Origin: Bdellovibrionia bacterium
GTDB lineage: Bacteria > Bdellovibrionota > UBA1018
DNA length: 36,609 bases
NCBI GenBank assembly: GCA_045805065.1
Contig: JBJMMA010000246.1
Location: 1-36,609, forward strand
Direction: 5' to 3'
Below, piece after piece: positions 11,168 to 20,197 of the stretch; within the stretch, counting starts at the first letter, position 1, and every line of letters starts with the position of its first letter. Both the position numbers and the translations under genes were made by a program. A model generated the notes under the pieces. That model was not told the DNA's origin and searched no databases. It saw only the letters and a program-made list of their open reading frames with translations.

Positions 11168-11485
11168 TTACTCAGAGCAAGTTGGCTCAAGAGCCTCGAG
11201 ATAAGCAATCAGAGCGGCCCGCAACTCATCCAGAGTAATATCGGAACGCTTTTCAGGTTCATGTCCTGAAAGCTCGAGGATTTGGTTCATTTCAGCGTTT
11301 GCCATGCCTTCTGGCAGTCCGGTGAGAGCAACCAGCGTTTGGATGAGGTTCTCACCTTCCAAATTTGTGGCTTCCAGTTGTTCGCCGTTATTTACCGCAT
11401 TCCTATTTGGCATTTCACTCGGCATTTCGTTTGGCATTTCTGCGCACATTTTCAGGACCCGTGCTTCCCTTTTGGAGACGTCCAT
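11168..11485 (-). CDS. Small helical hypothetical protein
   Basis: GGAGG RBS; C-terminal LVALTGLPE...ITLDELRAALIAYLE amphipathic helices; short EMPx repeats near the N-terminus. Confidence 0.65.
   Translation of the reverse strand: MDVSKREARVLKMCAEMPNEMPSEMPNRNAVNNGEQLEATNLEGENLIQTLVALTGLPEGMANAEMNQILELSGHEPEKRSDITLDELRAALIAYLEALEPTCSE
11405..11440. repeat. 3 x 12-bp tandem repeat (core GGCATTTC) encoding EMPN-EMPS-EMPN
   Basis: atttggcatttc / actcggcatttc / gtttggcatttc. Confidence 0.8.
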
Positions 11486-11593
11486 TTCCCCTCCGGTTAG
11501 TTGCGTGTATCGCCCTCAGGCGTCCGACACATCCTGAGTATAGAAAGGTAAATTCCGGAACAGCAAGCTGAATTTCAAATAACTTTCATTGTT

Positions 11594-12607
11594 TTATGCA
11601 GTGGCCGTTGCTCTGAAGCGTCCGACCACGCTTTGAGTCATAACCCCTGTTATAATGCAGATGGCACCCAAAGCCTGAACTCCTGACAAACTTTCGCCTA
11701 AAAATGCGTATCCCCACAGAGCACCTAATACAGGCTGGATGAAAAGAGTCAGTGCAATGCTTGCGACAGATGCTTCGCGCAATACCGACATCCAGTAAAA
11801 ATAGGCAAATGCAGTTCCCATGGGTCCAAGCCACAGAAGTCCTGACACGCTTTTCCAACTCAAGTGAGAGAGTTCATAAAACATGTGCGGCCCTTCAATA
11901 GCAAAAGTGGACAGCGTCAATATCCCAACACCTGAGACAAGCGCAGCTCCAAACACACCCATGGGAGCATGTCGATCAATCAGTTTAAGACTTAAGACCG
12001 AATAACTGGCTTCTCCAATGAGGGCAGTCAGCATGAGCAGATTTCCGGAAAAATTCGCCGGAGTCCCCGATGCATCAATCCCACTCAGAACCCCGCTCAA
12101 CAGAGCAAAGCCTGTCAGCGCCAGGCTGAACGCAAAATAGTGAAGCTGACTCAGCCTTTCTCCAAGCACGACTCGCGCAAGCGCTACCGTCATGAGCGGT
12201 TCCATCGCGACAATCAGAGCGTTATCCGTTGCGCGAGACGATTGCAATCCAGTCATCTGCAAAAGAGGCGCAAGACAAAAAGCCATGAATCCGACCCCTA
12301 CGACAAACAATCCGTCGCGCATATTTCGGGGACGCAAAAACGCAGGCCCAAGGCCCCTCTTTTTTACAAACGGGATCGCAATCAAATAGGCAACCAGCGC
12401 ACTGAGGTATCGAAGCCAGGCCGTAAGCGCAGGAGAAACGTCCGCAAGAACAAGCTTGGCCATTGCTGGATGCGCGGACCAGATCAGATTACAGAGAATC
12501 AGGCCCGCCAAAACATTCATAGACATCTTTTGAGGCACAGACATTCCGTGGGACGCAATGTGAGTGATGTTTAAGTCTGTTTTTTCCATAGTCAGTTGAT
12601 GTATCAA
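11594..12607 (-). CDS. DMT/EamA family transporter (true start probably downstream of 12607)
   Basis: About 10 TM helices in two EamA repeats (LIWS, WLRY, EPLMT...LGER, QPVLG...LGES). Confidence 0.9.
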   Translation of the reverse strand: MIHQLTMEKTDLNITHIASHGMSVPQKMSMNVLAGLILCNLIWSAHPAMAKLVLADVSPALTAWLRYLSALVAYLIAIPFVKKRGLGPAFLRPRNMRDGLFVVGVGFMAFCLAPLLQMTGLQSSRATDNALIVAMEPLMTVALARVVLGERLSQLHYFAFSLALTGFALLSGVLSGIDASGTPANFSGNLLMLTALIGEASYSVLSLKLIDRHAPMGVFGAALVSGVGILTLSTFAIEGPHMFYELSHLSWKSVSGLLWLGPMGTAFAYFYWMSVLREASVASIALTLFIQPVLGALWGYAFLGESLSGVQALGAICIITGVMTQSVVGRFRATATA

Positions 12608-12627
12608 CGATAGTACACAGGTAACCT

Positions 12628-13134
12628 ATGAGTCCGAAATCACCAAATCTTCTTGCATCCAAATCTCCCCAGGAATCCGCTGTTACAATGACGGAAATCG
12701 TTCTGCCGTCCGATACTAACGCGCTCGGTACTATTTTCGGGGGCAAGGTCATGAGCTGGATCGACATTGCGGCAGCCATGGCAGGGGGCCGACACGCTCG
12801 AAGAGTCGTTGTCACCGCATCCATCGATGCGCTTCACTTTCTGGCGCCGATAAAGCTCGGCCACTATGTGCACATCCGCGCATCGGTCAACTTTGCATCT
12901 AAAACCTCCATGGAAGTCGGAGTCCGCGTTGAGTCGGAAAATCCTCTGACGGGAGAAATGACTCATACTTCTACCGCCTACACGACTTTCGTGGCACTGG
13001 ATGATTTAGGCCGCCCTACACCCATTCCCCCCATCAAGCCACAAACGCCCGATGAGTTGCGCCGTTTTGAGGCAGCAAAGAAGCGACGCGAGGCTCGCAT
13101 GAGACTGGCGGAAGAGCTCAAGCAGGAAACCTGA
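12628..13134 (+). CDS. Acyl-CoA thioesterase (hotdog fold, YciA-like)
   Basis: LPSDTNALGTIFGGKVMSWID, VVTASID, TSMEVGVRV, TFVALD. Confidence 0.93.
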   Translation: MSPKSPNLLASKSPQESAVTMTEIVLPSDTNALGTIFGGKVMSWIDIAAAMAGGRHARRVVVTASIDALHFLAPIKLGHYVHIRASVNFASKTSMEVGVRVESENPLTGEMTHTSTAYTTFVALDDLGRPTPIPPIKPQTPDELRRFEAAKKRREARMRLAEELKQET

Positions 13135-13270
13135 TCTTGGTGCGACGCAAAACCGCAGATTCGCGTTTAGCTTAAATTAATGTTTGGCTCTGAAGGATCC
13201 TCATTGTAGTTTCGCTCTCCTAGCGCGCATTGCGCCTGACCTGCAGTTTTCGGATAACTCGGAGATTCCA

Positions 13271-13840
13271 ATGAGAAGCCCATTTTTGAATGCGATCGCT
13301 CTTTTCGTTTCAACCGCAGCGCTCTTTCTAGTTTCGGCAAGTGCTTCTGCGAACCCGCAACTCAGAGACTACCCGATCGAATTTCGCGTCAGCCTTCTTG
13401 AAAGACAAGTCAGCGAGATGAATCGCACGATGCTCGCGCTTCAAAAACGTGTCGAAGAACTTGCAGGTAATCCGCCTGCACCACCGGTCGAAATCATCGC
13501 TGCCTGCATGATCACTGATTCCACTTACTCGAGAACTTTTTTGGGCGTCGCTAAAAACAAGATCGACGCCGAATACAATGCTCGCAACGCCTGTCAGGTT
13601 AGCCTTTCATCAACCAATCTTTGCGGAAAATCTGCAAGCTTGAAGTGCGATGACAACTCCAAGCCAAACGATGCACATGGCTTTATTTGCATGGTGACAG
13701 ACTCCGCCTACTCAAAAAACTTCCGCGGCACTGGACGCACTCCGGTTGAAGCCGAAGCGAAAGCCAAGCAAGCCTGCCAGAATAGCGCTGGTCCGAGCAA
13801 TTGTGGACCAGTCGCCGCTCGTTGCGCTGAACAATTCTAA
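13271..13840 (+). CDS. Secreted protein: signal peptide, coiled coil and two Cys-rich repeats
   Basis: GGAG RBS before ATG 13271; ASA cleavage motif; duplicated CM(I/V)TDSxYS.xF.G......AE..A..ACQ.S....C unit, 4 Cys each. Confidence 0.75.
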   Translation: MRSPFLNAIALFVSTAALFLVSASASANPQLRDYPIEFRVSLLERQVSEMNRTMLALQKRVEELAGNPPAPPVEIIAACMITDSTYSRTFLGVAKNKIDAEYNARNACQVSLSSTNLCGKSASLKCDDNSKPNDAHGFICMVTDSAYSKNFRGTGRTPVEAEAKAKQACQNSAGPSNCGPVAARCAEQF

Positions 13841-13865
13841 GACCAGTCCTAAGAATAACTCTCAA

Positions 13866-14432
13866 TTAATCGGCAAGCTCGCCAACATCAGAGTCTTCCT
13901 CTGGTAGCCAATACTTCTGGTACTCTTCGATGAAGGCGAGCTTTGTCGTATCTTTGATTCGATCGATGTAAAGCACGCCTGCAAGATGATCGAGCTCATG
14001 CTGGAAAACAGTCGCTAGAAAATCTTCGGCAACGATGGTCTGAGGCTTTCCTTCGTGATCCAGGTAATCGACCTGGATTTTCCTTGGCCGATAAACAAGG
14101 CCTCGAAGTTCAGGAACCGAGAGACAGCCTTCCCAAAACCCCTGCTCCTTCTCATCCAATACAGTAATCTTCGGATTGAAAAGAACTTTGAGCGGTTGTT
14201 CTCCCTGGCCAGGATATCTTTCATTCCCCTCATCAAAACCAATCAAAGCGAGCTGAATGGACTCATGCACTTGAGGGGCCGCAAGGCCGATTCCGCCATA
14301 CTCTTCCATCGTCTCGATCATGTCCTCGATCAGCTTTTCGATCTCGGGCGAACGAATCTCTTTTACAGTGAGCTCACGCGCTTTTTGACGAAGAACGGGA
14401 TGGCCCATTCGGGCGACTTTCAAAATCGACAT
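13866..14432 (-). CDS. def: Peptide deformylase
   Basis: GIGLAAPQ, EGCLS, HELDH motifs. Confidence 0.98.
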   Translation of the reverse strand: MSILKVARMGHPVLRQKARELTVKEIRSPEIEKLIEDMIETMEEYGGIGLAAPQVHESIQLALIGFDEGNERYPGQGEQPLKVLFNPKITVLDEKEQGFWEGCLSVPELRGLVYRPRKIQVDYLDHEGKPQTIVAEDFLATVFQHELDHLAGVLYIDRIKDTTKLAFIEEYQKYWLPEEDSDVGELAD

Positions 14433-14438
14433 GATTAC

Positions 14439-15302
14439 TTACTCCAAATGCGTTCTGACTTCCCAGAGCCAAGGGAAGCACTTCTTGGCGGTGGTTGAGC
14501 GAAGATAATCCACACCGCTCGAGCCCCCCGTACCACGCCTATGTCCAATCACGCGCTCAACGACGCGCACATGGTGCTCACGCCAAAGTCCTAAATACTC
14601 GTCAAACTCTACCAAAGACTCACTCAACATATAGAGAGGCGAATACTTGGCAGGATCCTGATAGATCGGACGGATCGCGCGGATGACTTCCTCACCCACC
14701 TTCTCATCGCCTGCGAGCTCCACGGATGCCGCTTTTTCCGGAACATTGAAGCCCTGATCCCGAAGCAGTTGATAGAAGGCCATGCGAAGATCGGTGCCTT
14801 GAAGTCTCTTTTCAAGACGGGACACGTAGCCCGGACGGTTCTTGAAGTGCTTGAAATAGCGCTCGTCCTTCAAGCCTGCAAGAAACTCGACTTCACGGAA
14901 CTGGGTGGACTGAAAACCGCTCGCAGGATTGAGGCGATCGCGGAATTGCAAAAACTCCGCAGGCGTCATGGTCTCAAGAATATGAATCTGCTGAACCAGA
15001 AGCTTCATGATCTGGTTGATACGATTCATGAAGTGATGAGCTCTGAGAATCTGCCCCGATTGCATGTAAGAGATCGAATTCTCCATCTCATGCAAAATCA
15101 GCTTGAACCAAAGCTCATAGGCCTGATGGATGACGATAAAAAGCATCTCATCATGATGCGCGGGCGATGACTGTGGAACCTGGAGCCCTAAAAGGTCATC
15201 CACTTTGAGGTAATCGTTGTACGTCAAATCTCCTTGTCCATAGACAGAAGGATTTGCATGCATCGGACATCCTCTGGGTACATCGTCCTTTGAGTCACTC
15301 AT
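14439..15302 (-). CDS. kynA: Tryptophan 2,3-dioxygenase
   Basis: TYNDYL, HDEMLFIVIHQAYELWFK, ASGFQSTQFR, RVIG..RGTGGSSGVDYL. Confidence 0.97.
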   Translation of the reverse strand: MSDSKDDVPRGCPMHANPSVYGQGDLTYNDYLKVDDLLGLQVPQSSPAHHDEMLFIVIHQAYELWFKLILHEMENSISYMQSGQILRAHHFMNRINQIMKLLVQQIHILETMTPAEFLQFRDRLNPASGFQSTQFREVEFLAGLKDERYFKHFKNRPGYVSRLEKRLQGTDLRMAFYQLLRDQGFNVPEKAASVELAGDEKVGEEVIRAIRPIYQDPAKYSPLYMLSESLVEFDEYLGLWREHHVRVVERVIGHRRGTGGSSGVDYLRSTTAKKCFPWLWEVRTHLE

Positions 15303-15319
15303 GAGAGACCTCCAATGGG

Positions 15320-15901
15320 TTACTTCTTGATAGTCGCGTAGATTTCGTTGAGCTTCGCAGAAGACTCAGCCTCGATATCCTTGTGAAGCGAATTACCGTG
15401 AGAATCAATCGTCACGACGGCGGAAAATCCTTCCACGCGAAGTTCCCAGATCGCTTCCGGGCTTCCGAATTGATCGTAGCCATGAACGTTCTTCACTTCT
15501 TTAATGGCTTCGGCAAGAACTTGCGCCGCACCACCGATGGCATGCAGGTAAACGCAACCGAACTTCTGGCAGGCCAGGCGAGTCTTCTCACCCATTCCAC
15601 CTTTTCCGATCACACCGCGAAGCCCGTGCTTTTCGATGATGCCGGCTTGGTAAGGCTCTTCACGAATCGAGGTCGTTGGGCCCGCAGCCGTCACAACCCA
15701 CTTGCCGCCCTTTTTCATGACAACCGGGCCGCAGTGATAAATGATTCCATCTTTGAAACTGATTGGGGGTTCATTGCCGTCGTGTATCCACTTGTGAACG
15801 GCATCACGGCCAGTGAAAATCATGCCCGTGATCTCAACCATATCGCCCACTTTCAGAGCGCGAATTTTTTCTTCAGTAAACGGTGCTTCGAGTCGAATCA
15901 T
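15320..15901 (-). CDS. Fe-S hydro-lyase beta subunit (class I fumarase C-terminal/TtdB family)
   Basis: LKVGD, TGRDAVH, IYHCGPV, AGPTTS.RE, IGKGGMG, EAIW, IDSHGNS. Confidence 0.93.
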   Translation of the reverse strand: MIRLEAPFTEEKIRALKVGDMVEITGMIFTGRDAVHKWIHDGNEPPISFKDGIIYHCGPVVMKKGGKWVVTAAGPTTSIREEPYQAGIIEKHGLRGVIGKGGMGEKTRLACQKFGCVYLHAIGGAAQVLAEAIKEVKNVHGYDQFGSPEAIWELRVEGFSAVVTIDSHGNSLHKDIEAESSAKLNEIYATIKK

Positions 15902-15910
15902 AACTTCCTC

Positions 15911-16804
15911 TTAGTAGAACCACTTCTTGATTTCGCCCTTGGCGCTCACTTGCGCGCCCTGACGACGGAATGCCCAGCACATGTACGAGACACTGACAAA
16001 GTAAGAGGCAGGCAAGCGATTCAGGACGCCGACCTTGGTGCCGAGAAGCGTGGTTTTACCGCCAAAACCCATAGGGCCGATTCCAAGCTTGTTGGCTTCG
16101 TCCGTCACATCTTTCTCAAGAGTTGCAAGAACCGGGTTGGTGTTCTTATCGGTCATCTTTCTCAAGAACTGCTCCTTGGAATAAGCATAGCCCGTTGCGC
16201 GGTCGCCACCGATCGTGACGCCCAGGATTCCTGGGCCGCAGCCTTTGCCTTGAGCCTGTTGAACTGCATCGAGAATGCACTTCTTGACGCCAGCCAGATC
16301 ACGTCCTGCACCAATGCGGGAGTCAGGCAGACTGTATTGAGCTCCGACGTTTTCGCAGCCCCCGCCCTTGAGCATCAGGCGAATGTCGAAATGATCCTTC
16401 TTCCAAGGCTCCAGATGCAGACTCGGGGTGCCAGGACCAACGTTCGTTCCGTTGTTCTTGCCCGTAAGGCTATCCACGCTGTTTTGACGGAGGTAGCCTT
16501 TCTTGGTGGCTTCTGAGACCGCCTTGCGAATCACCTTGGTCAAAACTTCAGCGTCAGTCTTGTAGGGATAATGGATGTAGAAAAGAATGCTTCCCGTGTC
16601 TTGGCAGAGTGGCTGGCTCTTGAGCTTTGCAAGATCAATATTCTTTTGAATGATCCCCAGCGCATAATCGCCGCGTGACTCAGGCTGCTCTTGTTGCTTG
16701 CCCTGCTTAATGGACTCAATCACGTCTTTTGGGAGCTCGGTTGAGGTCTTACGAATGATTTCCACAAAGGCTTCAAGGAACTTCTTTTGCTGCGTCGTGT
16801 TCAT
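15911..16804 (-). CDS. Fe-S hydro-lyase alpha subunit (class I fumarase N-terminal/TtdA family)
   Basis: PLCQDTG, KGGGCEN, KGCGPG, GIGPMGFGGKTT, CWAFRR. Confidence 0.93.
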   Translation of the reverse strand: MNTTQQKKFLEAFVEIIRKTSTELPKDVIESIKQGKQQEQPESRGDYALGIIQKNIDLAKLKSQPLCQDTGSILFYIHYPYKTDAEVLTKVIRKAVSEATKKGYLRQNSVDSLTGKNNGTNVGPGTPSLHLEPWKKDHFDIRLMLKGGGCENVGAQYSLPDSRIGAGRDLAGVKKCILDAVQQAQGKGCGPGILGVTIGGDRATGYAYSKEQFLRKMTDKNTNPVLATLEKDVTDEANKLGIGPMGFGGKTTLLGTKVGVLNRLPASYFVSVSYMCWAFRRQGAQVSAKGEIKKWFY

Positions 16805-16868
16805 ATGACCTGCACTCTATCTCGTCCGGAGCGCCGCGCGCAAGTAGCCTGAGAAGGCATTTCTTGAT

Positions 16869-17351
16869 ATGAGCCTAGAAATGGCGGCGAAGTTCTCCAA
16901 ATTTGAGCAAGGCACTCCCCCTCCTGGCTACGTCGATACCGAAATTATCCGACTCACCAAGAATGGTGTTTGGCTGGCCGATGGTAATGAGATCACTCAT
17001 GAGCCTACCCTTCGACTTTTCGCAAAGAGCCTCAAACGGGATGAGACGAGCTATTTTCTTCATGTCGGTCGCGAAATGAAGCGAATCGTGGTCGAAGACA
17101 CCGCTTATTTCGTCGAGCGAATTGAGGGAGCTTCTGCTCAAGGCTATCTTCTTCACCTCAGTGATGGGACAAGCGAAAAACTCAATCCCGAGACTCTTCG
17201 TTATCAATCCGGGCGACTGACTTGCCTCGTTCACTCAGGCGAAGATGAAGCGAAGTTTCTTTCGATTCCTTATATGGAGCTGCTCAAGCTCGCTGATGAG
17301 GACGAAAAAGGCTATTTCATCCAAATCGAAGGCAAGCGAATCGGGCTTTAG
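16869..17351 (+). CDS. Hypothetical protein, DUF1285-like
   Basis: IRLTKNGVWLADGNEITH...LFAKSL...IVVEDTAYFV...EAKF pattern resembles DUF1285 proteins (from memory). Confidence 0.6.
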   Translation: MSLEMAAKFSKFEQGTPPPGYVDTEIIRLTKNGVWLADGNEITHEPTLRLFAKSLKRDETSYFLHVGREMKRIVVEDTAYFVERIEGASAQGYLLHLSDGTSEKLNPETLRYQSGRLTCLVHSGEDEAKFLSIPYMELLKLADEDEKGYFIQIEGKRIGL

Positions 17352-18085
17352 CCACTGCCATTCTTACGCATGCTTTCGAGAGCAAGGACCATGTCGCCGC
17401 GAACTTTCTCAATCAGCTGATCCATTTGATCGTTTGCAAAAGCCTGTTGGATTTCCTGGGCGCTCACCGGCGGAAGGTAGAAGAGTCGAATGACACCTTT
17501 TTTTGGAAAGAATCCGTTTCTGGGTAAGAGCTGATACGCCCCATCGACCACAACCGGGCAAATGGGCGCCTGCGCTTCGTAAGCAAGATGAAATGCGCCT
17601 TTTTTGAAAGGAAGAATCTTACCGTCGTAGGTCCGGGTACCTTCTACTGCAATATAGAGCGAGCGCTTTTCATCGCGTATTTTCTTTCCAACCCCCGCAA
17701 GCGCAGCCAAAGCCTTCTGGTGATGCTTGCGGTCCACTCGAACAAACCCAAATGCCCACCACGCCAGATTGATGATGGGAATGAAGATGACTTCTTTCTT
17801 ACCAATGGCCATGGGCGCAGGCGCAGCAGTTGCCGCAGTCCATAAGACATCAAGCGCGCTTTGATGATTAATGATGACAACGCGGGGGCTCCGATCAGTC
17901 AGATTATCCGGGTTTACAAACTCAAGGCGGATACCCAAAATCCAAAGCAACGCCTTGCCCCAAAAATGGATGGAGCCCGTGGTCCAACGCTCCGAAAGTT
18001 TTTTGAACGAGAGCGCATAGACCAGAAGCACCGCTGGCCAATACAGGATCGTAAATATCCAGGCGATGAGGACCCTCAGCATCAC
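17348..18085 (-). CDS. plsC: 1-acyl-sn-glycerol-3-phosphate acyltransferase (PlsC family)
   Basis: NHQSALD (HX4D), VRVDR, EGTR, PFKKGAF. Confidence 0.92.
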   Translation of the reverse strand: MMLRVLIAWIFTILYWPAVLLVYALSFKKLSERWTTGSIHFWGKALLWILGIRLEFVNPDNLTDRSPRVVIINHQSALDVLWTAATAAPAPMAIGKKEVIFIPIINLAWWAFGFVRVDRKHHQKALAALAGVGKKIRDEKRSLYIAVEGTRTYDGKILPFKKGAFHLAYEAQAPICPVVVDGAYQLLPRNGFFPKKGVIRLFYLPPVSAQEIQQAFANDQMDQLIEKVRGDMVLALESMRKNGSG

Positions 18086-18088
18086 AAC

Positions 18089-19657
18089 TCAATGTGCATC
18101 AATAATCGGGCCGTCAATCTTCTTAGGAGCCTTGATCATGGCCAGCGGGATCAAACCGCAGGCCACGATGATCATAATCACCCAGCAGATTTGCTCAAAG
18201 CTGAGGATGAAAACTTGCTGCCCCACCCGTCCTGCAATGGTCTTGGTCGCGATTTGCTCAGCATTCCAAAGCCCGATTTGCCCGCTCATCCGTGACACTG
18301 GCAATGAACGCGCCTGGTTAGCCGCTTGAATCACTGACACGTTAAAGATGTTCACCTTTTCGAGAAGGTCATTGTAGTGCTGCGCACCAAAGCGAGTCAG
18401 AAGCGTATCGAGCGATGAAATGCCGATACTTCCACCAATCTGACGGAAGAAGTTCTGCATCCCTGCAACCTGTCCAAGCTCTTCCCCACGGAATGCGCCC
18501 AGAACCATCTGATTGATTGGAACAAACAGAAAAGCCATCGCGACACCGCGGAAAATCAATGGCAGATAGATATCATGCGCACCGGTTTGCGACGTAAAGC
18601 GTGACATCAATAGAATCGAGATCTCACCCAAAGTAATACCGACCAGCACCAGAACTTTTGGGCTGATCTTTTTAAGCATCATCCCCACCGGCAACATAAA
18701 TACTGCAGTTGCAACTGATCCCGGAATGAAAAGCTCGCCTGTCTGGGTTGCTGACATTTCGTGGATGACTCGCGACACGAAAATCGGAACAACGAAAGTT
18801 AGCGAATAAAGCATGATCCCGAGCATGAGCATTAAGGCCGTCCCGGAACGAACGATGGCGTTCTTGAAGAGACGAAGGTTCATGATCGGATTAGGGATAC
18901 TCAGCTCCCACCAAATGAAAGTTGAGATACCTGCTACTGCGAAAACGGCGCAGGCTTTGATCGCGTTGGAATCCCACCAGCCGTCAGCTTCACCGCGCTC
19001 CAACACATACTGGAAGCAACCGACGCCAACGCAAAGGAAGAAGAGTCCCCACCAATCCACTCCATGGCGCTTTCCATCTGCCGCATGGACTTGTTGGTAA
19101 GAAGCATCTTGCACGTTCATCCAGGACATCACACTGGCCAGCATACCCAGCGGAACGTTGACGTTGAAAATCGAGCGCCATCCAAAATTGTCCGTAAGAT
19201 ATCCACCGAGAGTCGGACCCAAAGCAGGGCCCACCATGACGCTCATCCCGAAAATAGCCATGGCCATGCCGGCCTTCTCGCGGGGGAATTGCTCCTGGAT
19301 CAATGTCTGGGAAGTTGGAAGAAGTGCACCGCCGGCCAAGCCTTGAATAATACGGAATACCACGAGGAAAAACAGATTAGGCGCCATACCGCAGGCGAAC
19401 GACGCAATCGTGAAAATCAGAATTGCCGTCGTGAAATACTTTCGTCGCCCCAAGCGCGTTCCTAGCCAGGCCGCAATCGGAAGAACGATCGAGTTTGCGA
19501 TCATGTATGCCGTGGTGACCCAGCTGATCTCATCCAGCGTAGCTCCCAGGTTTCCCATCATGGTGGGAATGGCGACGTTCACGATCGACGAGTCGATAAT
19601 CTCAAGCAGAGATGCGATAGCCGCGGTAAAAATGATGGCTACTGTTCTGGCGTTCAT
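18089..19657 (-). CDS. DHA2 family MFS efflux transporter (EmrB/QacA)
   Basis: DSSIVNVAIP, WVTTAY, LGRRK, RIIQG, GPALGPTLGGYLTD..GWRSIF.VNVP; about 14 TM helices. Confidence 0.95.
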   Translation of the reverse strand: MNARTVAIIFTAAIASLLEIIDSSIVNVAIPTMMGNLGATLDEISWVTTAYMIANSIVLPIAAWLGTRLGRRKYFTTAILIFTIASFACGMAPNLFFLVVFRIIQGLAGGALLPTSQTLIQEQFPREKAGMAMAIFGMSVMVGPALGPTLGGYLTDNFGWRSIFNVNVPLGMLASVMSWMNVQDASYQQVHAADGKRHGVDWWGLFFLCVGVGCFQYVLERGEADGWWDSNAIKACAVFAVAGISTFIWWELSIPNPIMNLRLFKNAIVRSGTALMLMLGIMLYSLTFVVPIFVSRVIHEMSATQTGELFIPGSVATAVFMLPVGMMLKKISPKVLVLVGITLGEISILLMSRFTSQTGAHDIYLPLIFRGVAMAFLFVPINQMVLGAFRGEELGQVAGMQNFFRQIGGSIGISSLDTLLTRFGAQHYNDLLEKVNIFNVSVIQAANQARSLPVSRMSGQIGLWNAEQIATKTIAGRVGQQVFILSFEQICWVIMIIVACGLIPLAMIKAPKKIDGPIIDAH

Positions 19658-19712
19658 AAATGGATGTGCCTCATGATGAGTACTAAGAAGGGTCCGATAG
19701 GTACGTCCTTTC

Positions 19713-19741
19713 TTTATAAAACGATCGTTTTAATCAGTCAA
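19713..19741 (-). promoter_or_regulatory. Sigma70 promoter of the MFS-plsC operon
   Basis: Minus strand TTGACT (19741-19736) - 17 nt - TATAAA (19718-19713). Confidence 0.7.
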
Positions 19742-19753
19742 ACAATCGTTTTA
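19717..19753. promoter_or_regulatory. Tandem palindromic operators (TetR-like)
   Basis: Perfect 16-bp palindrome TAAAACGATCGTTTTA (19717-19732) and a 2-mismatch copy TCAAACAATCGTTTTA (19738-19753), 21 bp apart. Confidence 0.75.
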
Positions 19754-19784
19754 ACTACTAAGTAATCAATGATAAAGGACAGTT

Positions 19785-20123
19785 ATGCCTACTCTACTGT
19801 CTTCTCCTTGGACCATTTTGATTATCGCGGGCCTTCTTGAGGTTTGCTGGTCCATCGGGCTCAAATATACGCAAGGATTCACCCGCCTCTGGCCGAGCGC
19901 TTTTACGCTCCTGACTTTAGCGGGAAGTATGTACCTTTTGGCCCGTGCCACGCGTGACCTCCCTATTGGAACGGCCTATGCTGTTTGGGTGGGAATTGGA
20001 TCTCTCGGAGCAGCCCTTTTGGGAATCGCTCTCTTTCATGAGTCCGCATCCCCACAGCGGTTGCTCTTTTTGGGACTTCTCTTGATTTCAATCATTGGTC
20101 TCAAATTCACTGCAGACCATTAA
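19785..20123 (+). CDS. sugE: SMR family exporter, Gdx/SugE subtype
   Basis: [45 protein letters not shown]. Confidence 0.9.
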   Translation: MPTLLSSPWTILIIAGLLEVCWSIGLKYTQGFTRLWPSAFTLLTLAGSMYLLARATRDLPIGTAYAVWVGIGSLGAALLGIALFHESASPQRLLFLGLLLISIIGLKFTADH

Positions 20124-20197
20124 AAGTATTATTAAATCGCGGATATTCACTAACTTACTTCATTTCCTTCTATACCACTCACTCTATAATCACATGA

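Noticed and set aside
15383..16516. 377-aa plus-strand ORF
   Set aside because: Antisense to the hydro-lyase subunits; no recognisable domain.
19658..19784. Guanidine riboswitch upstream of sugE/gdx
   Set aside because: No twin ACGR-loop hairpins or other recognisable guanidine aptamer; the region is AT-rich and occupied by promoter and operator elements. Not tested with Infernal.
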